IMG/VR virus record: IMGVR_UViG_3300045988_015817
Reading direction: 5' to 3' (one strand)
DNA: 57,804 nt
Source of the DNA: a virus
The first letter of the stretch is position 1. The number at the start of each line of letters is the position of its first letter. Shown here in pieces: positions 50,843-57,804 of this stretch. A model generated the notes under the pieces. It ran no database searches. It worked only from the letters and a program-made list of their open reading frames with translations, and was not told where the DNA came from. A program made the translations under genes and the position numbers.

Positions 50843-51055
50843 AGCCCCACGAAAAGGACAAACAAAAAGAGAAAGAGACTGTTACGCTCTCCTCCCCTAT
50901 AATAATCAATGTTTTTTCGCGAGGCTTTTTCGTAAGAATATTAAACAGCTACAGAACTTTAATTAAATAAAGCCCTACGAAAAGGCCAAACAAAAAGAGA
51001 AAGAGGCGCTCACACTCTCCTCCCCTATAATAATCTATGTTTTTTTCGCGAGGCT
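50843..51055. repeat. Two tandem ~85-nt copies (50843..50926 and 50971..51055, period 128 nt), each carrying a variant promoter-like motif
   Basis: Direct comparison shows agcccc/tacgaaaagg.caaacaaaaagagaaagag....ctctcctcccctataataatc.atgtttttt(t)cgcgaggct in both copies. Confidence 0.8.
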
Positions 51056-52260
51056 TATTTTATGAATGCAGACTCGTTGAAGTTCTTTTTCTGAGCTAGA
51101 GCTCGAGTGATCCGAAGTTCGATTGGACTTCTACATTTCAAGTGAAAGTACTTAAGCTCTTTGTATGGTGTGGTAAGTCTATCGATTCTTCCACTAGCCT
51201 GTTTCATCATTTTGTATGAATAGTTCTGTGAATAGAAAACCATTGTATCAGTCTTAATACAATTCCATGCTTCCGACCCAGCATTGTACTGAACTAGGTA
51301 AATCCATTTTGAATTACCGAATGGTTCAGGATCATGTCTGTGCCCATTGAGTTCAGCGATTACAACATCATCACCAAAGTCAATGTTTTTAATTATTTCC
51401 AATTCGTAATCAAAGTTGTAGAACACTATCAGTTTGTTGTGTTGATCGAAAATACTCTTCAGTGCTTCAGCTCTACTTTCATCAGCATAGCAGATTCTTC
51501 TTAACTTGTAACACAACTCACTAACATTTTCTATCGGTTCATTCTTTTCATAATCCCACCTGTCTCTCATAAGAGTTTTATAAGCTTCTCTATCATACGA
51601 GCACCACACATCTTCATGATGTTGAACTGCTGGATTTTGATACGGCATATCAACTAACACTCTTCGCCTTAATCTATTCAGTCTTTCAGTTCCAATGAAT
51701 TTCTCAATTTGTGGAAACTTGCTAAACCTGGAATATACACAATGCTCCGCAGTGAACTCACTTTTGTTCTTGTAGTATCCATTAGCAATGAAGACTGGCA
51801 TGTAATCCATGTAATTGTCTCCTGGTGTTGCTGATAGTAATATCCATTCGTTGGACTTTGCAATCTTTAGGAATGACTTAGTCCAAGTTCCATATCCAAC
51901 TACTCGCTGTTCGTCAAAAATAAAGAAGCTGTTTTTAACGTCGACATACTTTTTAATATTGTTCCATGAGTCTATGACTATTTTATGATCATAGATCTTG
52001 GAATCATCATCTGGCGTTAAGTAAAACCAACTCATGTCGCCAAGCCATTCACCGCTATCTCTTTTCTTAGCAGTTGTTATGATGTAGAGATCTTTTGGAT
52101 TTTTCATCTTTGACATTGGCTCTACAGTTCCACCATTTTGAATATAGTAGTACGCGAGTCCAGTAATTGATTTACCAGACCCTGTACCACCACAAAGTAT
52201 ACAGCCGTTATGCATTTTTGTTATTGCACTCCTTTGGTGCGGCTTCAACTTTAATTCCAT
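51055..52260 (-). CDS. SF2 (DEAD/SNF2-like) helicase (401 aa)
   Basis: Motifs GGTGSGKS (motif I), FIFDEQR (II), LLSATPG (III) and QASGRIDR (VI). Confidence 0.8.
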   Translation of the reverse strand: MELKLKPHQRSAITKMHNGCILCGGTGSGKSITGLAYYYIQNGGTVEPMSKMKNPKDLYIITTAKKRDSGEWLGDMSWFYLTPDDDSKIYDHKIVIDSWNNIKKYVDVKNSFFIFDEQRVVGYGTWTKSFLKIAKSNEWILLSATPGDNYMDYMPVFIANGYYKNKSEFTAEHCVYSRFSKFPQIEKFIGTERLNRLRRRVLVDMPYQNPAVQHHEDVWCSYDREAYKTLMRDRWDYEKNEPIENVSELCYKLRRICYADESRAEALKSIFDQHNKLIVFYNFDYELEIIKNIDFGDDVVIAELNGHRHDPEPFGNSKWIYLVQYNAGSEAWNCIKTDTMVFYSQNYSYKMMKQASGRIDRLTTPYKELKYFHLKCRSPIELRITRALAQKKNFNESAFIK

Positions 52261-52261
52261 A

Positions 52262-52717
52262 CTAATCTAAGTCAGCGTATTTCTCGGCGAACTTGTTCTC
52301 ACGAATTGTTACATACATTGAATCAACATATGCAGTAATTCCAGTACGACCATTCATCTCCCATTCGTAAGGACGGATTGAAAGATCACAGTTTACAATG
52401 TCGACTACATCCAGCTGTGCTACTGTGTCTTCATCCAGCAGATTCTTGTGCTTACCGACAATAAGCCATACCTGTGTGTAACGATTCATATTGAGTTTAA
52501 CAGGCAGAGTCCATTCCTGCTCAGAGTCATCTGCTCCTTCTGAAAGAGGACGCTCTTTTACATTCCATCCTTCCTGTCTCAGTTCATCAGCCATTACTGT
52601 ATCATCAATTACAACACTGAATCCTCTTTTACCAGGATTGAATTTATCTCTTTCTCCTGAAAAGTTCTTCCAAATAATCATTGCGCCTTCAATGTTAATA
52701 TTGTTTACGTTTGCCAT
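52262..52717 (-). CDS. Putative ssDNA-binding protein (OB-fold, acidic C-terminal tail) (151 aa)
   Basis: Position between the replicase and the helicase. The sequence pattern and the acidic ...EKYADLD end are suggestive. From memory only. Confidence 0.45.
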   Translation of the reverse strand: MANVNNINIEGAMIIWKNFSGERDKFNPGKRGFSVVIDDTVMADELRQEGWNVKERPLSEGADDSEQEWTLPVKLNMNRYTQVWLIVGKHKNLLDEDTVAQLDVVDIVNCDLSIRPYEWEMNGRTGITAYVDSMYVTIRENKFAEKYADLD

Positions 52718-52732
52718 AATAGACCTTCCTTT

Positions 52733-55700
52733 CTATGCTGCCATATCGGTATGTTCATCAATTGCAAATTTCTCAAAGTCACCAAACTCTGATATAGTTT
52801 CTATTGCTTTATTAGCAAGTTCCTCATAATAAGACATGTCAATCTTATCCTGAATATTGTTTGTTATTACATCTTCAGATTCGAGCCAACGGTACCCCTT
52901 TGTTCCAGATGGTGCAAAGTACTTATCGTCTTTTACTCTGAATAACTGAGCTCCACCGCAGCCTTCTTGGATTGGGCAGAACTGACCAACTTTACCAACG
53001 AACTTATAGTCGTGTTCGTCTTCTGCCAGATTCTCGTTAAAGTCGAGGTCAAGCTCTCCACCATTGCTGACGGCGATTGTCTGACATAAGTCATTGAATT
53101 CAATCTTTTCATGAGTGAAGAGTTTCTTGAATACATATGGTACTGCGAACTGAGTTCCAGTTGCCGTCCACCCTTCGCCTTTCTCATATGCAATGTAGAC
53201 TGCATTGTTTACTAAGCAGATTTTCTCATACTCAGCTTCGATCTCGAATGTATATCCATACTTCTTTCCGAAGTCATAGATGAACTGCTCAACTTCCGGT
53301 GTCGGATTATCGATTTTGATTGAATCGGTCTTGATGTGAACGACGTGTGCTCCAAGTTTCTCAACTTCGCTTTTAAGTGTTGCCATGAAGAGTGCTCCAC
53401 GTTTAGCAACGATGTTGTCGATGTTTCTTTCATCCTTGAACAGATTACTGAAGTGAGCTGATGTCAGTCCATATACAGAGTTAATTACAATCTTCAGAGC
53501 CTTAGCAAGTTTGTCGAGTTCTTCCTTAGCAAGATTAGCAAACCGAGCAAATGCTCCGCCGAACAGAGTCTTTAATGCTTCAACGTCACGATGCTTAATA
53601 GCAATGCGAGCATCAACAAGATCTTTAAATCTCGCGGTATACTTCTTACCAAACAGATTAAGCGCGATTACAGAATGTGGATGCATAGATGCTACATCAA
53701 ATGTTTTGACATTTCTGTACATTCCAGGATCAGCAATTACCAATCCACCCTCATTAAGTTTGATGTCACGATACGTTGATACACCATGATCAAACTTGTA
53801 TCCTTTGAACTCATTGATCGGATTGTAGGTTTCATTACCATCCATATCAACAGAGATTCCTGTAGACAGATCAGTATATACAAACTCTCGCTGTGGATTC
53901 TTGTCTTTTCCAAAGATCAGTTTACCAGACAACATGTTGTTTGTATCGTTTGGACATCCGCCAGCAATTTCAGCTAAGACACATCTTGCTTCAAAGTCTT
54001 CAATGTTAGCTTCAAATGTAGCTTCTGTTGCAATGACATCATTGTCACAATACTCAGCAACCTTAGGCCACAGTTCTTCTGGTACTGGCTGATCCCAAGG
54101 CAATGCCCATTCCTGATGATGAATACCTAACTCGATTTCCCACTTCTTCAGACTCTGCTTCTTAGCACAGAAGTCATAAACATCTGTATAGCTTAAGTTG
54201 TATGCCGATCCGAAGAAAGCATTTGGACTCTTGTTAATAATGTCTTGTGAGAGCTGGAATAAAGCTTCCAATGAATATCCCATCATTCGAGCATACAGAA
54301 TGTGGTTATCATATCTTCGACAGTTGAATCCAACAAGTTTCATTTTGAGGAACTCTTCAACTTCTGTCGGTGATGGATTGATCATCCTCTTACAAGGTCC
54401 AGGTTCTCCTCTGTATTTCCAGTTAACCAATAACAGGTTTGGAAACACCTCAATATCATAGAATACAATCCTGTCATCTTTTGGATTGTCAACTCCTGCA
54501 ACATCATCAGAACAGTAATGAATCTTTCCAACCTGCTCTAGACAATAGTCTGCATGGTTTGTACTTGATGCTGCGAATGCTACAATATCATTGCGCATGT
54601 CTGTTACGTCGTAGTGCTCGCCTGACTCATATGCATCGTCAAGAATCTTTTTAATAAAGTCTACACTTGGTTTTGTACCAGGATGACTCTCTTTCCGAAG
54701 ATTCTTTTTGATCAATGCTCGAATCATCTTTTCGCTGGCAACTACTTTAAAGTCTACCATATTTTCACTCCTTTTCTTTAACGGTAACCCTGAAGATATA
54801 GTAGCAATTGGAGTTGAGTTACATGCTGTTACAACTCTTCGCAATGCTCCTTTACCACTATAAACCTTGATCTCTATATTGTCGCTATATACATTGTCAA
54901 GTTGTTTAGGGTCACCAGTATAATAGTAATGCAGATGCACACCTGCGCCACTCTTTGAGAACTCAGCATATGTTGACGGCCATTGAGATGCCGCGTCTAA
55001 GTTCATTTCCTTAGACTTATTCCCTTCAGCATCTTTTAGATCAAAGTCAATGACTATTAAATTCTCTGGAACTCTAACATAGTGAAGTTTAGTAGTATCC
55101 AGATCCTTCAATGTTGTACCAACTCGATCCCACGCTTTTGATGGCGCATCGCCGCGTGCATATTGTGCTGGGCAATCTTTACACACTTCATCTAAGATAG
55201 ATTTAGTGCTATCCATTTTGAGCCATGATTCTTTGGCTTCGTCTGGCTTAAGCTCTTTGTCTACGAACTTATCTTTCTTGAAGCCTTTGTAATAGCTTCT
55301 AGCTCTTGTTCCATCTTCCAAAGTAATTCTGTCGAGAAACTCATCGAAGTAATCTTTCAAGTCTTCCCTGAATTTGTACATTGGCATTTTGTTTGGGAGC
55401 CCAGTGTTGTCGCAATACTCTTTATACAGACTATATGCTGCTTTTAATGTTGTTCCATCATCCTTCTCAAAGAACGGATAACAGCTTTCTACGAAGTTGA
55501 AGAAGACGTCCGTTTTGAACATCATATCCAATGGCTTATATCCATCGTAGTAATGCTTTCCGTATTTCTGGTATACTTTGAGACAATGATTAGCTATAGC
55601 TCCAAGCTCATATGGAATCTGACTCATGCATTCCTGGTAAGTATCTGGCTCGAGTAATTCGCCAGTTGGCTTAACATCAATCAGTCGTCTTATAATACCT

Positions 55701-56563
55701 GACTTTGCATCAGTGATTTTGACTGGTCGGTTTGTACCCATGAATAGCATACTGTTAACTCGCATTGGATACTCAGCTTTATACTTTTCAGAAATGCCGA
55801 TTTCCTCGTGTGCGATTATAGAGTTGAGAAGGGTGTTATCTTCAATTCTACTTAAGTCACCGTCATGTTGAATCATTACCAGAGGGTTATCTTTGAATGC
55901 GGCAGTCGCGAATGATTTTGACGGAGTAGCTAAGTCTTTAGCATTGAATGTTCCGCAATATCCTTCGAACAGCTTTTGGATGATGTTAAGGATTGTCGAC
56001 TTACCTGTTCCAGCTTCACCATAGAAGACTAAAAACTTCTGAATCTTTTTAGAGTCACCAGATATAACTGATCCAATGGCCCACTCGATCTTTCGTCGTT
56101 CTTCTGCATCATACAGAGTTGAGATGATTTTGTCATAGCCCGGTGTCTTGCCTGCTTTGATGTCGTATGGTAAGGTCTTGGAACGATAGTCCTCTTTGGT
56201 TGTCTTCTGGTTTAGGAATGTAATATCAGAATCTAACTGTATTGAAGACGACGGACTAAGCTGGCAATACTTCTTGTACTTTTCCCAGCGTCCATTGTCG
56301 AAGTCCCTTAAGTAGTCTTTTTCGATTTTGCTGGTTGTGGTCTTGCTAACTGTTTCATATACTTCATCGATCAAACGATCTACATAATCAACAACATCGT
56401 ATTCATCAGTAGACCATCTGTTATTCTTCTCATCCCAGAGAGCATAGAACGCCTTACCTTTACATAACAGGTTATCAACTTTCTTAGAAACAGCAAACGT
56501 TGGGTGAATGACCGTGGCATCCCTAGACTTGACATATGAACTCTTAATTGTTACAAAATTCAT
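52733..56563 (-). CDS. Fused replicase: D5/VirE-type SF3 helicase NTPase + prim-pol domain + family-B DNA polymerase (1276 aa)
   Basis: Start moved to MNFVTIK (AGGAAAGGA SD). Motifs GEAGTGKST; VIDFDLKD and GAGVHLHYYY; FYDIEVFPN and YCDNDV (exonuclease); DVASMHPHS, KIVINSVYG and IKTDSI (PolB motifs A, B, C). Confidence 0.85.
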   Translation of the reverse strand: MNFVTIKSSYVKSRDATVIHPTFAVSKKVDNLLCKGKAFYALWDEKNNRWSTDEYDVVDYVDRLIDEVYETVSKTTTSKIEKDYLRDFDNGRWEKYKKYCQLSPSSSIQLDSDITFLNQKTTKEDYRSKTLPYDIKAGKTPGYDKIISTLYDAEERRKIEWAIGSVISGDSKKIQKFLVFYGEAGTGKSTILNIIQKLFEGYCGTFNAKDLATPSKSFATAAFKDNPLVMIQHDGDLSRIEDNTLLNSIIAHEEIGISEKYKAEYPMRVNSMLFMGTNRPVKITDAKSGIIRRLIDVKPTGELLEPDTYQECMSQIPYELGAIANHCLKVYQKYGKHYYDGYKPLDMMFKTDVFFNFVESCYPFFEKDDGTTLKAAYSLYKEYCDNTGLPNKMPMYKFREDLKDYFDEFLDRITLEDGTRARSYYKGFKKDKFVDKELKPDEAKESWLKMDSTKSILDEVCKDCPAQYARGDAPSKAWDRVGTTLKDLDTTKLHYVRVPENLIVIDFDLKDAEGNKSKEMNLDAASQWPSTYAEFSKSGAGVHLHYYYTGDPKQLDNVYSDNIEIKVYSGKGALRRVVTACNSTPIATISSGLPLKKRSENMVDFKVVASEKMIRALIKKNLRKESHPGTKPSVDFIKKILDDAYESGEHYDVTDMRNDIVAFAASSTNHADYCLEQVGKIHYCSDDVAGVDNPKDDRIVFYDIEVFPNLLLVNWKYRGEPGPCKRMINPSPTEVEEFLKMKLVGFNCRRYDNHILYARMMGYSLEALFQLSQDIINKSPNAFFGSAYNLSYTDVYDFCAKKQSLKKWEIELGIHHQEWALPWDQPVPEELWPKVAEYCDNDVIATEATFEANIEDFEARCVLAEIAGGCPNDTNNMLSGKLIFGKDKNPQREFVYTDLSTGISVDMDGNETYNPINEFKGYKFDHGVSTYRDIKLNEGGLVIADPGMYRNVKTFDVASMHPHSVIALNLFGKKYTARFKDLVDARIAIKHRDVEALKTLFGGAFARFANLAKEELDKLAKALKIVINSVYGLTSAHFSNLFKDERNIDNIVAKRGALFMATLKSEVEKLGAHVVHIKTDSIKIDNPTPEVEQFIYDFGKKYGYTFEIEAEYEKICLVNNAVYIAYEKGEGWTATGTQFAVPYVFKKLFTHEKIEFNDLCQTIAVSNGGELDLDFNENLAEDEHDYKFVGKVGQFCPIQEGCGGAQLFRVKDDKYFAPSGTKGYRWLESEDVITNNIQDKIDMSYYEELANKAIETISEFGDFEKFAIDEHTDMAA

Positions 56564-56741
56564 ACTTTTTCCTTTCCTGACCGTTTGGACACAAAAATGT
56601 GCTCTCAAAAACTTTTATATATTTTCATACTTTCCTAAAAAGTTTTTAAACTATATAAAAAATGGGCTTTTGGCCAATAATAGGGTAAAATAGCACTAAA
56701 AAGCCACTTTTTCATCAATTTTTGCAACTTGCTGGCCATTT

Positions 56742-56978
56742 TTATTTTGCGCTTTTTCCTGTCAAAACGCTGTAAATATAGTCTGCATCGTCCCCTTTTA
56801 CTACCGAAATCAGTTGTAATTTCCCTTTCTGGCCATTTTTTTCACTTTCTCCAGCGACCGATAACCAGCTTTCATGCTTCCCATCAGACGGATTATACTG
56901 CAAAATAAGCAGTTTTCCACACTCGGAATTTGGCACAAGCTTGCCAACATAATCCTCATTTTTTCCTGTATTTCCCAT
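56742..56978 (-). CDS. Small hypothetical protein (78 aa), paralog of 57012..57227
   Basis: Shares the QYNPSDG core and overall layout; SD-led. Confidence 0.7.
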   Translation of the reverse strand: MGNTGKNEDYVGKLVPNSECGKLLILQYNPSDGKHESWLSVAGESEKNGQKGKLQLISVVKGDDADYIYSVLTGKSAK

Positions 56979-57011
56979 AATTACTACCTCAACTTTCTTT
57001 ATTATTTTTAT

Positions 57012-57227
57012 CTAAATCATCTTGTTATTTACGATGATGTCATGCATTTTATCAGCCTGATTGCCTTTCCAACATGCTACAGCTCGCAATCCAGCACTTT
57101 TACCATTCTCAATTTTTTCTTTAGCAACAGTAAAATAGCTAGGACTAGCGCCATCAGAAGGATTATATTGGCATATAAACATCTCAGATTTGTCCATATT
57201 AGGAATAAATTTCTTTGTATTTGCCAT
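57012..57227 (-). CDS. Small hypothetical protein (71 aa), paralog of 56742..56978
   Basis: Shares the QYNPSDG core; SD-led. Confidence 0.7.
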   Translation of the reverse strand: MANTKKFIPNMDKSEMFICQYNPSDGASPSYFTVAKEKIENGKSAGLRAVACWKGNQADKMHDIIVNNKMI

Positions 57228-57248
57228 AATATTTACCTCAACTTTCTA

Positions 57249-57707
57249 TTATTTACTACGTCTTTTTGCCATCCTGTCGTTCGAAACCTTCTTGAAACCC
57301 TCGACAACGTTCCTAGAAATTCCACTATTATCGATGGATTTAGCAATGGTTTTAACCGGATATATAGACTCGTCATCGGTAGCTTTAACAAGTTCCGCCA
57401 TAGACTTATTGTTGTAACGTTCCATCCCTACACCGACTACGACTACTTTATCTCTCGGTACATACTTCCCAGCATCCACAGTTACTCTTGGCTTCTGCTC
57501 CCAAACGAGCTCATTCTTACTGAATGCTTCTGCCAGAATCGTCATTAACTTGATATCATTCCTACGCTGTTTGGAAGTACCCGCGAATGGTTTTCCTGAT
57601 TCTTTTTCCATTGTTTCAAGGTTCTTTGTAATTCGTACCAAGGCCTCTAAAACCATGTCATGTTGGGCAGCCGAACTGAATCCCTTAAACTCTTCCTTAG
57701 TCATCAT
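57249..57707 (-). CDS. Hypothetical protein (152 aa)
   Basis: SD-led track ORF. Its start overlaps the end of the junction-spanning gene. Confidence 0.75.
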   Translation of the reverse strand: MMTKEEFKGFSSAAQHDMVLEALVRITKNLETMEKESGKPFAGTSKQRRNDIKLMTILAEAFSKNELVWEQKPRVTVDAGKYVPRDKVVVVGVGMERYNNKSMAELVKATDDESIYPVKTIAKSIDNSGISRNVVEGFKKVSNDRMAKRRSK

Positions 57708-57804
57708 CCTCGCTCCTTCCTACATCTTTAACCCAATCGATCTCTCCTGCAGCAAACGCATAAGCAATAGCATCGATAACGTCAATAGCTGAATCAGAGA
57801 ATAC
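57697..57804 (-). CDS. 3' part of the junction-spanning 87-aa hypothetical protein (same gene as 1..211)
   Basis: The frame continues from the duplicated 55 nt to TAA at 57697..57699 (...AFAAGEIDWVKDVGRSEDDD). Confidence 0.6.
   Translation of the reverse strand, partial: VFSDSAIDVIDAIAYAFAAGEIDWVKDVGRSEDDD
57750..57804. repeat. Second copy of the 55-nt terminal overlap
   Basis: Identical to 1..55. Confidence 0.95.

Noticed and set aside
1-57804. Genome-wide TGA-to-sense recoding (genetic code 4 or 25)
   Set aside because: Many well-supported genes end at a TGA that overlaps the next gene's SD-led ATG (ATGA junctions at 208, 2052, 2345, 2518 and 5545) or is followed directly by TAA (853). 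Large genes are intact under the standard code. Only two local in-frame TGA cases look meaningful, and they are reported separately.

Overview
The window is a complete, circularly closed dsDNA tailed-phage genome. Positions 1..55 are identical to 57750..57804, so the unit length is about 57,749 bp. Every supportable gene is on the minus strand, and all long plus-strand ORFs look like antisense shadows. Genes are tightly packed, with strong AGGAGG-type Shine-Dalgarno sites and many ATGA/TAATG junctions. This, together with a Dp-1-type holin, a CHAP+SH3b lysin and a radical-SAM enzyme, suggests a low-GC Gram-positive, probably anaerobic Clostridia-like, host. The host call is an inference.

Layout in transcription order (descending coordinates):
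- 57.7-47.2 kb, replication and nucleic-acid module: a giant SF3-helicase/prim-pol/family-B polymerase fusion, an SSB-like protein, an SF2 helicase, a VRR-NUC nuclease, a PD-(D/E)XK nuclease, and an 899-aa protein with an SGADFDGD motif that looks like a YonO/RdRP-type two-barrel RNA polymerase.
- 46.9-46.5 kb: a 332-nt structured noncoding region.
- 46.5-24.3 kb, siphovirus-type packaging, head and tail module: HNH, TerL, portal, protease-capsid fusion, major tail protein with a -1 frameshift Ig-like extension, a 2356-aa tape measure, Dit, a Gp37-like protein and a fibre.
- 24.2-21.0 kb: an unusual cassette of a ~60-cysteine repeat protein, a small partner protein and an rSAM/SPASM maturase.
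- 20.6-17.0 kb: an odd cluster (G/W/N-rich membrane protein, BclA-CTD-like protein, HExxH peptidase) followed by the holin genes.
- 17-0.2 kb: about 45 small genes, many of them tandem paralogs, zinc ribbons or small membrane proteins. They are organised as short units bounded by eight copies of a conserved promoter-like motif (TCGCA-N14-TATAATGAG) and recurrent hairpin terminators.

No CRISPR array, no integrase or repressor, and no canonical tRNA could be supported. All family names come from motif recognition by eye, not from database searches. Coordinates of hand-found small ORFs were derived by manual translation.
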